From a virus: 64,000 nt of DNA. Where the stretch lies: IMG/VR virus record IMGVR_UViG_3300033388_007160, positions 1 through 64,000 of that record; one strand, written 5' to 3'. A program made the position numbers and the translations under genes. Position 1 is the stretch's first letter, and every line of letters starts with the position of its first letter. This document shows, one piece after another, positions 27,968-38,020 of the stretch. The notes beneath the pieces are model-generated. The model worked only from the letters and a program-made list of their open reading frames with translations. It did no database searches and was not told the DNA's origin.

Positions 27968-30900
27968 CGCTGCGGCTTCTCAATCAAAACCTCACGATCA
28001 ATACGCTTTCTTCGCCCACTAAGCGCATCTATATTAATGCGCTCGGCAGTGCCGAGATTGCATTTGACGAAGACCTGCGCACTGTGTTGGGGCCCGCGCC
28101 CGACGATCCGCCGAGCGACCCTCCCGTACCAGGCTACGTGTGGGTCGGCGTTTACTGGGTATTTAAGCTCACGATCACCGCCCCTGGAGAAACACCTTCA
28201 GCCCCTAATACGGCAACGGTAGACTTGTTCATCTGGACAGGAACAGGCACGTGGGTCATGGCACCGCAAGAACTGCCGGACGGATGGGTGAGTCAGACGG
28301 GTAGCATGGACATCAACGTGCGCATTGAGGTCACTGGCGTGTACATGAAGGCCGAAACTAACGAGGAAGCCATCTATAGCAACGGAGGCATAATGGCTTT
28401 TGTGGAAAGAAGTTATACCGAGAGCTGGTTCGCGGATGAGAATGCAAGCGTCACCGTCACTGCGGTCGGCCCTAGCGGTGAGCAACTTTCCGTCTCAGGT
28501 CCACTAGCTGACGCCGGACAGGAAGTTGAATTTGCTGCTGGCTGGAAACTCAACTTCGGGTGGACTATCCACCGTTACGACTATGAAGATGTTGTGTACG
28601 CGGCTGTTAGCGACATCGCCATATGCGAGATACCATTGGACCTCGGCAGGTTAGACCTTTACCGTCCAGGTAGCAACGTGCCTGACAGCACGCAACCCGA
28701 GTGGGGCCGCACGAAGACCCAAGACGACTGCTGTCGCGTCGGCCAAGCCGAAGGAGGAGCAGCTACTTGGCGTGAAGGGGAAGGCTGCGGCGGCGATATA
28801 TCGTGGCGCGGCGCCGTCGGCATGCCCGTTCATGTCCACTTCAAACCGCGCACACATAAGCACGCTGATGACGTTGACTACCCCGACATCCTGGTCACGG
28901 GCACGCCCATTAATTGGCAATATGATGAAGAGTCAGGCACCTACGTATCCGTTCCTGTCCAGTGGACAGGTGAACTCGAAGTCGTCCAGCAGGAGAAGAG
29001 CTGGGAATTTGACTGGGAGTGGAGAACGCTTTCGTCGTTGAAGCAATTCGTCAATGTGGTGCGCGATTGGCAAAAAGACCACGGAGAAGATGTTGGCAGC
29101 GACGATGATCCCAATCTTAATGCGCAGGCCTGCCCGTTGCTTACCCATCCCCGTTCGGTAAGCAATCTGGAAGGCGACCCCACTGAAGAGTGGGGCACAG
29201 GTGTGACCGTATCTCATGAAGGTGAGAAAGCTGTATTCAAGCCGCCTGATGTATCTCGTCCGGGCAACTGGACGGGTTCCGGTGGGCTTACGCCCGATGC
29301 CAGTGTGGGAGATAATAACGACATCTGGCATGTTGCTGCTGGTTCTACGGCCCCCACGGCCACTATGGTTATCCGCGAACGAAAGACTTCCCGCTTGGCT
29401 CGTGTTGTGGCACAAGACCCTGACCTGCCAAGTGAAATGAAACATCGCAACTTAATCATCTTGAATCGGGCAAATGTTGATACTTGGACGGAAGGCGGCA
29501 GCGATTATCTTGATCCTGAGGATGAGCGGTATCCCGAACATATCTGGCACTGGATGAATTACAGTTACGCCAAACTACGGATTAAGGCCCCAATGAGTGG
29601 CACAATTCGCATGACGGTTGACTATAAGTATCCAATGATTTTTGACCCCGGCTATCCGACACTGGAACCCGGTGAACTGACCGTAGACTGGATTGAAAAG
29701 ACGGTCGTATATGAAGGGCACGTCGAGAAAACTCCGGAAGGGGCTGACTACTCTGAAGTTGTCTTTGACTTGGCCTGCCCCAAGGAAGGCGAAATTGCCC
29801 CTCGGCTCTACCTCGTAACACGAGTTACCTTGCAATTGCCGCCACACACAGAAGACCTCACTTGGGAAATTGACGATCTCTATCTGCTGCCTTCGTATGT
29901 AGACGGCTCTTGGGGCGTATCAATGCCGCCATGGTTTCAACTTCGGGTTTATGACCCGTGGGACTTCCTGTCGGATTATACGATGTTTGCGGGCTTGGTC
30001 GGCGGAGTGAAATGCTTGGATATTCCTTATGGTTGGGAAGAACTTGAGCGGTATGAAAGGAGCTTGAAAGGCCGCCGTAAATGGCGTTCGCGGAATGAAG
30101 AAGTTTACTTCATGGACCATTCTCGGCCACTCAGCGAATTGGCAAGCGACTTGTCATGGCAGGAAGGTTGGCAGGCGACGTATCATGAGCCGGAAGAAAG
30201 CACTGTCAACAAAGATGAAGATGGCAATAAACTGTTCCCCCAGTTCTACTGGTGGGACTTGCTACGTTCGCATGAATATACGGCCAACCCAGGTGATACT
30301 ATCGAGCTGAAGCTATGTCCCATTGTGCGTTATTGGGAAGTGGTGGCAGGCATCAAACATGTAATCTACTACGAGAAATTCTTCCAAGGTCGTATTCACG
30401 GCATTGTAGTTAAGACTGACCGGTCGGGACGCATCCGGAAAGACCTTGAAGTGGAAGGCTACCGGCGGCCTTCTGAGGGAGGCGAATGGGCGAAAGTTGA
30501 TGAAACACCTGTAGATGGTCATGGGCGCTATCGTTTGGGGCCCTACCTTGAGAAAGGATATGACTATAAAGTCAGCGTCAACAGCAATTACATCACTGGC
30601 GTCGCCAACGCCAGATATTCGTGGATATCGGGAACTGGCATCGTCGGACCTGTGGGCGGTGCCATCTCGGCCACTGGCCCCCTCACCGAAATGGTGCATA
30701 TCGCCTATACGGATAACGACAACTATGCCGTGAAGCATCTGTTCACTTCACCAGGCGACCAGTGGTTTATTGGCCACATTCCTCAAGTGCCCTACGAACA
30801 GCCGAATACCGTGGTAGACGCCCCGGCCCAAGGCCTAGCACTGTATCATGACATGTCCCGAAGGCTTCACTTGTTCACCGTAGAAGATGGCACTATAATC

Positions 30901-31236
30901 CATTATGAATCACAGGACTGGGGCAAAACTTGGGTATCGCAGACCATGGTGACTACAATCAAAGGCCAAGCGGTTGCTGCAACTCTGTTAGCAGGCATCA
31001 CTACATTCTTGTTTGTCGTAGACGAAGACAACAAATTGGTATGTTATCGCAGTTGTGACCATTTCAAGACACATTGTGAGGGGCCATGGACGGTAACAAC
31101 GGGCGTAGATGCTGTTCAACCAGCCTGCTACAATGCTCTTGTTAGGTTGTATGTCTATTGCTTTAAGGACGGCACACTCTACTGCTATCGGAGTGATGAC
31201 GCTGGCAAGACTTGGGTTGAGGTGGGCAGCGCATGA
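27916..31236 (+). CDS. Large virion/tail protein with C-terminal Asp-box repeats
   Basis: Acidic and beta-rich; SQDWGKTW and SDDAGKTW. Confidence 0.6.
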   Translation: MSKVKTNVWLPQQTYNVTLRLLNQNLTINTLSSPTKRIYINALGSAEIAFDEDLRTVLGPAPDDPPSDPPVPGYVWVGVYWVFKLTITAPGETPSAPNTATVDLFIWTGTGTWVMAPQELPDGWVSQTGSMDINVRIEVTGVYMKAETNEEAIYSNGGIMAFVERSYTESWFADENASVTVTAVGPSGEQLSVSGPLADAGQEVEFAAGWKLNFGWTIHRYDYEDVVYAAVSDIAICEIPLDLGRLDLYRPGSNVPDSTQPEWGRTKTQDDCCRVGQAEGGAATWREGEGCGGDISWRGAVGMPVHVHFKPRTHKHADDVDYPDILVTGTPINWQYDEESGTYVSVPVQWTGELEVVQQEKSWEFDWEWRTLSSLKQFVNVVRDWQKDHGEDVGSDDDPNLNAQACPLLTHPRSVSNLEGDPTEEWGTGVTVSHEGEKAVFKPPDVSRPGNWTGSGGLTPDASVGDNNDIWHVAAGSTAPTATMVIRERKTSRLARVVAQDPDLPSEMKHRNLIILNRANVDTWTEGGSDYLDPEDERYPEHIWHWMNYSYAKLRIKAPMSGTIRMTVDYKYPMIFDPGYPTLEPGELTVDWIEKTVVYEGHVEKTPEGADYSEVVFDLACPKEGEIAPRLYLVTRVTLQLPPHTEDLTWEIDDLYLLPSYVDGSWGVSMPPWFQLRVYDPWDFLSDYTMFAGLVGGVKCLDIPYGWEELERYERSLKGRRKWRSRNEEVYFMDHSRPLSELASDLSWQEGWQATYHEPEESTVNKDEDGNKLFPQFYWWDLLRSHEYTANPGDTIELKLCPIVRYWEVVAGIKHVIYYEKFFQGRIHGIVVKTDRSGRIRKDLEVEGYRRPSEGGEWAKVDETPVDGHGRYRLGPYLEKGYDYKVSVNSNYITGVANARYSWISGTGIVGPVGGAISATGPLTEMVHIAYTDNDNYAVKHLFTSPGDQWFIGHIPQVPYEQPNTVVDAPAQGLALYHDMSRRLHLFTVEDGTIIHYESQDWGKTWVSQTMVTTIKGQAVAATLLAGITTFLFVVDEDNKLVCYRSCDHFKTHCEGPWTVTTGVDAVQPACYNALVRLYVYCFKDGTLYCYRSDDAGKTWVEVGSA

Positions 31237-32000
31237 GCCTCACATATCATCAGCAGGTTGATAGGCCTTACACCTTCGGCGAGACAAGCAAACAGGTCAC
31301 CAAATCTCGCCTCAATCACAATTTTGACATCTTGGCAAACAACGACCAGAACATTGAAGACCGCTTTGAGAATACGTTTGATAGCCTATTTGGTGGCGGC
31401 GTCATCACAGGCATGGAGGCCACCATAGGGACGGGCCTGAGCATACAGGTCTCCGAGGGTAAGGCACTGATTGGCTGTGAGATTAGCTGGCCCGGCGGCA
31501 CTGTAGCAGTTCTCGCTAATGCCAATCCTGGCTATATCTTCTTTTGCCATGATGGCACCTGGCACGTAGATACCGATAATACGCCTCCCGACGATAAAAG
31601 CAGCTTCCTCTATGCGACATACGTAAGCGACGCTTCTTCTGTCACAAGTGTAACAGTTGTGGGCAAGCTGGTGCTGCCCAAGCTTATTGAGGTCAGTGAT
31701 ACGCATGAGGATTTGGTTGTGGCCGGGGATTATCTTGACGTGCATATTGACCACAGTTCCCAAGCCAGCTTCGTAATACCGGGCTTCATCCAGCTCAAAG
31801 TTGAGCCTTCGGATGCCTTCTACGTGGAGCACCTTTACAAGGGCGGCATCACCGACGACAGCGACACAGAAGAAGACGTGCCATATGAGGATACTCCGAC
31901 GGGATTTTGGGTAAGAATATACAGAAGGGAAGGTTACTATTATGAGGACAACCCGACGGTTACCTTGACATGGAAGAGATGGGGCTTCGCTTATGGCTAA
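31233..32000 (+). CDS. Putative tail fibre/baseplate protein
   Basis: GVITG..GLSIQVSEG.A motif; position. Confidence 0.5.
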   Translation: MSLTYHQQVDRPYTFGETSKQVTKSRLNHNFDILANNDQNIEDRFENTFDSLFGGGVITGMEATIGTGLSIQVSEGKALIGCEISWPGGTVAVLANANPGYIFFCHDGTWHVDTDNTPPDDKSSFLYATYVSDASSVTSVTVVGKLVLPKLIEVSDTHEDLVVAGDYLDVHIDHSSQASFVIPGFIQLKVEPSDAFYVEHLYKGGITDDSDTEEDVPYEDTPTGFWVRIYRREGYYYEDNPTVTLTWKRWGFAYG

Positions 32001-32014
32001 AGGGCGTGGTGTGA

Positions 32015-33037
32015 TTGCTCTTTCCGTTTTCAAGGGGCCCAAAAGGCAGCCATCTTGATGTAAAGACGCGCACCGAACACATTGTTGAGGTTACGAATAC
32101 CGGTCAGGAACCTCAGCAGATAGGCTCCATCACCATTGCCCCCGGCGAGACCGTGCAGCTTCCCTATGAGATAGCGAAGGCCCTCATCGGCAAGCCGAAT
32201 TTCCGTGTTAGCTGGAATGTAGGCAGTGATGTGCGTGTGTTGCATGTTATCCGCTATCCGGGCCTCGGCGACCGGATTTTTGCTATGGCTGCCTGTTATG
32301 CCTTCCATCGGAACTTCCCCGAAGCCAAAATCTATTTTGAGACTTTCCCCAATGATAGAGTCTGGATTAACTGGGTGCCTTTCGTGGAATTCGGCAACCC
32401 GCCGGTGCCGCCAAGCAAAGCAGTCAATCTGGACAATGCCCCTACCGGCGGCGAAGATAGGTGCCGCCTTTACGGACGGCTGCTTGGCGTGGATGTATAT
32501 GACATCCGCTTTCCTATCAGTGTGCCTAAGATCAGCATTGTGCCAGATAAACCTTATATCCTGTTTGCACCCTGCAATTCGGGGCGGGCCATGACGAGGT
32601 CACTGGCCCCTAAAGTCGTTCAGCATGTCCTGCAGTGTGATTTTGGCTACGACTTGGTACTTGTAGACCGGCAGCCTATTTATATGGACGGGCCAAGAGC
32701 TATCAATCTCACCGGCAAGACAAGCCTGGCAGAACTGTGGTCACTTGCCCGATATGCAGAAGCTGTAATCTCGGTTGATACGGGTGTGGCCTGGATGGGA
32801 GCCTGCTTGGGCAAACCGACACTGGTCTTCTTCAGCTACATAAATCCTGCTGAACGTGTGCAAACATGCCATACGGTTTGGGCGGTTGAACCTTCGGCTC
32901 CTTGTTGTCCCTGCGGCGATAGGTTGCCGCCTATGCCCTGTGGAGTCAAAGCAGGCGATATTCCCATATGCATGAGGACATATACTCCTTGGGTGGTTGA
33001 AGCCAAGATACGAGAGTTTTTGTATGCGGCGCTATGA
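32015..33037 (+). CDS. Glycosyltransferase, GT9
   Basis: GLGDRI, NLTGKTSL, SVDTG, CCPC..C..C. Start uncertain (TTG). Confidence 0.85.
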   Translation: MLFPFSRGPKGSHLDVKTRTEHIVEVTNTGQEPQQIGSITIAPGETVQLPYEIAKALIGKPNFRVSWNVGSDVRVLHVIRYPGLGDRIFAMAACYAFHRNFPEAKIYFETFPNDRVWINWVPFVEFGNPPVPPSKAVNLDNAPTGGEDRCRLYGRLLGVDVYDIRFPISVPKISIVPDKPYILFAPCNSGRAMTRSLAPKVVQHVLQCDFGYDLVLVDRQPIYMDGPRAINLTGKTSLAELWSLARYAEAVISVDTGVAWMGACLGKPTLVFFSYINPAERVQTCHTVWAVEPSAPCCPCGDRLPPMPCGVKAGDIPICMRTYTPWVVEAKIREFLYAAL

Positions 33038-34059
33038 GAAGGAAGATTCTGTTTCTGTTTCCGTCGAGTTCAATGGGTGGGGAACAACGATGGCTCGCCA
33101 CACTGGCCCCGCGCTTGGATAGGCTTGGCTTTGAGGTTCGAATCATATTCAATCGGGGTCATCGGAGCGACTTTTTCTACCACCTGCTTGAGAAGTATGC
33201 CATACCCGAAGCCTGCTACTGGGCACCAGACTGGCGGCATTTTCATGAGCGCTACCCCGAAGTGATAGCAGAAGCCCTTGCTGCATACCGGCCCGATGTG
33301 CTGATAGTTGACCGTGCTGAAGCCCTGCATGATGTTTTCAAACAGCCCCAGCTTGACTACAAGCCGAAGGTCGTCTTTGTATGCCACACTATGGAAATGG
33401 CGATGATAAATCAAATCCGGCAGATTGATGAGCTTATTGACGAAGTGGTGGCCGTCTCCAATCGCATTGCAGAACTGATTGACTGGCGGCCTGTGCATGT
33501 AATCTGGAATGGCGTGGAGAAGCCGCAGGCCATACCGGGCTTTGATGTGCGTAAGCTACTGGGCATACCTGAGAGAGCTGAAGTTGTAGGTTTTATGGGC
33601 CGGGTAGATGCCAACAAAAGGCCAAGCTGGGTTATCGAGGCAGCCAAACGCTGTGGTTACTGGTCTTTGATTATTGGCCGAGGGGCCATCGTTCCCAAGC
33701 TGAAGGAAATGGCAGCCACCACAACCAAGTTTATCCCCACTGAAGTCTGGTTCCCCGGCAACTGGTATCAGGCCATGACCCGTTTTGTGCTGGCTTCCAT
33801 GCATGAAGGCTTTGGCCTAGTGCCCATAGAAGCGCTTCTATATGATGTGCCGGTGTATGTAACTCGTGTTGGCGACCTGCCTAATATCTTCGGAGACACT
33901 ATCCGTTATTTCGATTCGCTTCAGGAGCTAATCGGTCTTCTGAGGCAATCGCCCTACGACATACGGCCTGCGAGGGCCATCATTGAAGAGAAATTATCGC
34001 CAGAGAGGATGGCAAAAGCCTATGCCAGACTATTCGAAGGTCAGGCTTCTTATCCATGA
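33034..34059 (+). CDS. Glycosyltransferase, GT4
   Basis: MGGEQR, GRVDANK, EGFGLVPIEA. Confidence 0.9.
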   Translation: MRRKILFLFPSSSMGGEQRWLATLAPRLDRLGFEVRIIFNRGHRSDFFYHLLEKYAIPEACYWAPDWRHFHERYPEVIAEALAAYRPDVLIVDRAEALHDVFKQPQLDYKPKVVFVCHTMEMAMINQIRQIDELIDEVVAVSNRIAELIDWRPVHVIWNGVEKPQAIPGFDVRKLLGIPERAEVVGFMGRVDANKRPSWVIEAAKRCGYWSLIIGRGAIVPKLKEMAATTTKFIPTEVWFPGNWYQAMTRFVLASMHEGFGLVPIEALLYDVPVYVTRVGDLPNIFGDTIRYFDSLQELIGLLRQSPYDIRPARAIIEEKLSPERMAKAYARLFEGQASYP

Positions 34060-34993
34060 TATAACACACACGGCCAACTTTGGAGACTGGATGGTGGGCC
34101 AGTTTTTGCGCTTCTGGCTGGCCGAAAACTGCCCTAGCATACAGACACGATACCTAACAAGCGTGCCAAATACCCGTGGTGTATGGCTGAATGATAGGTT
34201 CTTTGAGGACTGGGACTGGCCGACGCACATACTGATTTTCGGCGGCTCGGTATGGTATGACGACCGCCGTTGGGTGTATGAACATGACTGGCTTGAGCGT
34301 CTACAGGACAATCAAAGGCTTTGCATCTGGGGCGGCATCCAAGTGCCCTTCACTCATCAAGAGAAGGTTAGGCCAGTTCTGGCGCGGGCTGATTTGGTCT
34401 TGACGCGTTTTGAAAGCGAAATACCCGTCCTCAAGGAACATTGCAGTGATGCCCACATAATGGTGGGCAGTGACCTTTGCTTCCTGCAAACGATAAAATG
34501 GAAGCCCAAGACGGGGCCTGCGGTGATTGCAGGCCACCTCATCAAAGAATTTGAACCATATCAATCGCTGTGGGTAGAGACATTGCGTTCTGCTTTGGGC
34601 TGCCAAGTCAGGATTGCGGGTGTTTGTTGTTTGGACGGCACACCGGCAACCAATCCCTGGGTTGTGCCCTTCCCAATGTTCTGGAATTGGCTGTTTGATT
34701 GCTGTCTGGCCGCTTGCACAGCCCTTCATGCAGGCATCCTCGCAGCAGCCATGTGCACGCCGCTTGTCTTAATTGACTTGCAGGGAAGGCCGATGAGCAA
34801 GTATCGCTTCATGGGCTTGGAATTCGAGTCGGTGACGGGTTTCTATCCTACTGTCAGGCCTTCTGAACCGACGCCCGAAGTTGTTCAGGCAGCATATGAA
34901 TTGCCATTCGCCCTGCGTGAAGAATATGCTAAACTTAAAGCAGAACAGGCCCGAAGGGGACTGGGGGAGCTGAGGGCATGGCTGACGAGCTAA
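34022..34993 (+). CDS. Polysaccharide pyruvyltransferase family
   Basis: NFGD, GGS, DLCF, LHAGILA, SKY. Confidence 0.7.
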   Translation: MPDYSKVRLLIHDITHTANFGDWMVGQFLRFWLAENCPSIQTRYLTSVPNTRGVWLNDRFFEDWDWPTHILIFGGSVWYDDRRWVYEHDWLERLQDNQRLCIWGGIQVPFTHQEKVRPVLARADLVLTRFESEIPVLKEHCSDAHIMVGSDLCFLQTIKWKPKTGPAVIAGHLIKEFEPYQSLWVETLRSALGCQVRIAGVCCLDGTPATNPWVVPFPMFWNWLFDCCLAACTALHAGILAAAMCTPLVLIDLQGRPMSKYRFMGLEFESVTGFYPTVRPSEPTPEVVQAAYELPFALREEYAKLKAEQARRGLGELRAWLTS

Positions 34994-36567
34994 TTGACGT
35001 GGGCAGCAAGTTAACCGAAGAAGAGCTTGAATTATTCGCCAAATTGCTCGACTTTTACCAGAATTATGAACTTTACCAGCGATTGCCTTTAGCCACCAAG
35101 GCTGTCGTCTGGCAAATGGTGTATCAGTTATGCAGGAAGTCGGCAGCCTGGGTGGCTGCTTTCTTTGGGATTAAATACAACACGGCAAGGGCTTTGCTAC
35201 GCAATCGGGGCCTGAAGGCTTCAGGCATTCGGGCCAGGCCGCCGTGGGACTATTACTATGACAGGGCAGCAGCGCTGGTGATGGAAGGCAAAGTTAAGCC
35301 GGTCTTGCAGGAACTCCGCGAGGAAATGCTGGGCGGTCCCTATGACCCCAAAGAAGGTGCCATTGAAGCCCTGCGTGAAGCAAGATTGAAACAGCAGGCA
35401 GCCCAGGCTCAAGCAAAACAGCCGACCGAACAGCTTCCGAACGAAGAGAATGAAGATGAAGGCAAAGAAGATATCCTGCCCAATGAGGATGTAGCTAAGC
35501 TTGATTATTATCGGGCACGATGTGCGAAGCTTGAACGACGGCTTGAGCGCCTGCAACAGCAATACATCCGCTTACAGATGACCTGGGAACGATTCTCAGA
35601 GTATGTGCTGGAGAAACTGGCCCCCTATCCGAAGCAAGATTACCCGGATGTTCCTCCGGCCAGAAGCACCAAAGACCCACATATAGCCATGATGGATTTG
35701 TCGGATATACACGTAGGTGAGCTGGTTCGGGCCGAAGAAACAATGGGCCTAGCCGCTTACGATTGGGAAACATTCCTGCGTCGTAAGAAGGCCTACATGG
35801 AAGGCCTCGTGCGAGTTGTTGAAGACGTGCGTGAAGACCATCCCATACATATAGGCATAATTCACGCTCTTGGCGACTGGGCCACCGGCGAACGCAACTT
35901 CCCTTTGCAACTCGCCCAGCTTGACAAATTCTTGAACGAGCAGATTATCGAAGGTTCCGCTGAGTTGGCCGAGATGATACAGTTCATGGCAACCCTGTTC
36001 CCCAAGCTATATATTTACGCCGTCCCCGGCAATCATTCTGCAGGCAAAGACCTCACGATGACCCTTGACCTGCTGGTTTATCATACCATAGCAACGCTGC
36101 TGCGAGACCAGGATAACATCAAGTTTGTCATCAGCAAGTCGCCGTATCTCGGCTATGAGCTTTCGCCTCAGTATGTGCCGATTGAATACAAGCACGATAA
36201 CTGGTGCTGGCGTTATCTGATAACACACGGGCATATGGTTAGAAGGCATTATGGCATACCGTATTATGGCCTCGACCGGCTGGTCGCCAAGATAACAAAG
36301 ACCACGGGCGTGGTCTGGGATGCCGTCTTCGCAGCCCATCATCATGAAGAGGCCCGCACACGTCACTGGTGGGTTAATGGCTCTTGGGTAGGGGGCAGCA
36401 AACTGAGCGTGGAGAAGATGCAGGCTGCCGAACCTGCCTGTCAGTGGTTCAGGCTATGGCATCCCCACTGGGGCATAAGCTGGCAGCTTGAAATCTATTT
36501 GGAGAATCCACAGCAGAAGCTCATGCCGGATGAAGATGGCATCTTTGGGCCAGCGTTTAAGCAGTGA
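34978..36567 (+). CDS. Calcineurin-like metallophosphoesterase with N-terminal HTH/coiled coil
   Basis: SDIH, GD, GNH, HGH, AHHH. Confidence 0.8.
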   Translation: MADELIDVGSKLTEEELELFAKLLDFYQNYELYQRLPLATKAVVWQMVYQLCRKSAAWVAAFFGIKYNTARALLRNRGLKASGIRARPPWDYYYDRAAALVMEGKVKPVLQELREEMLGGPYDPKEGAIEALREARLKQQAAQAQAKQPTEQLPNEENEDEGKEDILPNEDVAKLDYYRARCAKLERRLERLQQQYIRLQMTWERFSEYVLEKLAPYPKQDYPDVPPARSTKDPHIAMMDLSDIHVGELVRAEETMGLAAYDWETFLRRKKAYMEGLVRVVEDVREDHPIHIGIIHALGDWATGERNFPLQLAQLDKFLNEQIIEGSAELAEMIQFMATLFPKLYIYAVPGNHSAGKDLTMTLDLLVYHTIATLLRDQDNIKFVISKSPYLGYELSPQYVPIEYKHDNWCWRYLITHGHMVRRHYGIPYYGLDRLVAKITKTTGVVWDAVFAAHHHEEARTRHWWVNGSWVGGSKLSVEKMQAAEPACQWFRLWHPHWGISWQLEIYLENPQQKLMPDEDGIFGPAFKQ

Positions 36568-36570
36568 AAC

Positions 36571-37548
36571 ATGGCGGATCAGAAAATCGGTAAACAGAGG
36601 CTCATCCTTGGAGATTGCCGCGAGGTGCTTCGCGAATTACACCTCGAAGGTGTGTCTCTTGTCCTTACCGATCCACCGTATGGTCACAAACTGACCGAAT
36701 GGGATAACTGGCCTGACAAGCAGGTCTGGCGGTTGTGCTACGAGGCGATGCTTCCTGGGGCTGCTCTGCTGAGTTTTATGGCTAACCGGGGCAATAAGCT
36801 TGCTCGCCTAGTAGCAGAGCTCGAAGAAGCAGGATTTGAGACCGATTGGCCTTGGCTATATTGGGCACAAGGCAATGGTCTACCCAAAGCGAAAGGCGAG
36901 AGACCTAAGGGGAAACTAGCGCTGAAGCCAGCGGTGCAACCGATCGTGCATGTGCGAAAGCCGGGCGATCCTATCCCATACGATATTGGCTCGGCGACCA
37001 TTCCCTTTCGTGATGAGCAGGACGCAAGCACAGCAAGAAGAAACAGAACTCAATGGTGGGAAAGTCTGTCAGCAGCACAAGCAGCAGCTAATCGTAGTCT
37101 CTGGGATGGTCCTCAACAGAAGCGACTGCTGAGTGGGCGGTATCCTGCTGAGCTTGTCTGCATTGGTGTCCCTGGCGAATGGGCCAAGTACTTCGACATC
37201 ACCAACTGGGCGCTTGCGTACTTTCCAGATGAACGCCAAGGTTCGCTGTGCTGGCTGCAGCATAGCGGAGCACCAGATGGGCGCAATAGACACCCGACAC
37301 GCAAACCAGTACGGCTATTAGCATGGCTAATTAAGTTGTTTAGTGCTCAGTTCGTACTAGACCCATTTGCAGGCAGTGGAAGCATCGCAGTCGCTTGTGA
37401 GCTACTGGGAATACCTGGTGTGCATATTGAAGTACAGCGTGAGTATTTCCGTATTATGTGCGGGCGTGTAAAATGGGCAGTCGAACAAAAGAGAAACTGC
37501 GACAAACAGCAAGACAAAGAACAACTACGCCTTTGGCAACTCTCCTAA
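36571..37548 (+). CDS. DNA amino-methyltransferase (beta class)
   Basis: DPPY ... HPTRKP ... DPFAGSG. Confidence 0.85.
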   Translation: MADQKIGKQRLILGDCREVLRELHLEGVSLVLTDPPYGHKLTEWDNWPDKQVWRLCYEAMLPGAALLSFMANRGNKLARLVAELEEAGFETDWPWLYWAQGNGLPKAKGERPKGKLALKPAVQPIVHVRKPGDPIPYDIGSATIPFRDEQDASTARRNRTQWWESLSAAQAAANRSLWDGPQQKRLLSGRYPAELVCIGVPGEWAKYFDITNWALAYFPDERQGSLCWLQHSGAPDGRNRHPTRKPVRLLAWLIKLFSAQFVLDPFAGSGSIAVACELLGIPGVHIEVQREYFRIMCGRVKWAVEQKRNCDKQQDKEQLRLWQLS

Positions 37549-37599
37549 AAAGAAGGAAGAAAATAATTCCCACGATTCCGAAATAGAAGAAAAGAAAAA

Positions 37600-37836
37600 A
37601 TGGCACTAAAGCAGCGGCAAAACCAAGTTTGTGCCTTAGACTTCGCGGATATACTTGGTTCGATAGGCTATCTCGTGCTGTATGCGTCGGGAGACGATGG
37701 TGACAGGTTGTTTGTGTTTCAGCGGCCCAACCGGCCTCAAGATGAGCTTGCGCCGCTTTGTATTCTTGAGATTGATGAAGAGGGGAACATCAGTGCCGAT
37801 GACATTGAAGCTTCGCTCAACTGGAAGCTGCGATAA
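37600..37836 (+). CDS. Hypothetical protein
   Basis: ORF track. Confidence 0.45.
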   Translation: MALKQRQNQVCALDFADILGSIGYLVLYASGDDGDRLFVFQRPNRPQDELAPLCILEIDEEGNISADDIEASLNWKLR

Positions 37837-37843
37837 AAATTAC

Positions 37844-37866
37844 AGGGGCCTCGGTGTGAGGCCCCT
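37844..37866 (+). terminator. Hairpin at the end of the late region
   Basis: AGGGGCCTC-GGTGT-GAGGCCCCT; no U-tract on +. Confidence 0.4.
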
Positions 37867-37933
37867 CGTGGCACAGACAAGGAGTGGCGGTAAGCAGCAC
37901 AAAGCCGCTAGCCAAGCGAACCCCCACTCTCAC

Positions 37934-37962
37934 TTGACATTATACCACACTAGGCATATAAT
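37934..37962 (+). promoter_or_regulatory. Consensus sigma70 promoter for the replication operon
   Basis: TTGACA-17 bp-TATAAT, intergenic. Confidence 0.9.
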
Positions 37963-38020
37963 TCAAACGCAAAATTTAAGTAGGGGAGAGTGGCACAAGA
38001 CAAGGGGTGGACGGTAAGCG

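Noticed and set aside
33070-33090. tRNA T-loop-like GGTTCGAATC (also 17531)
   Set aside because: Inside CDSs with no cloverleaf; no tRNA genes found.
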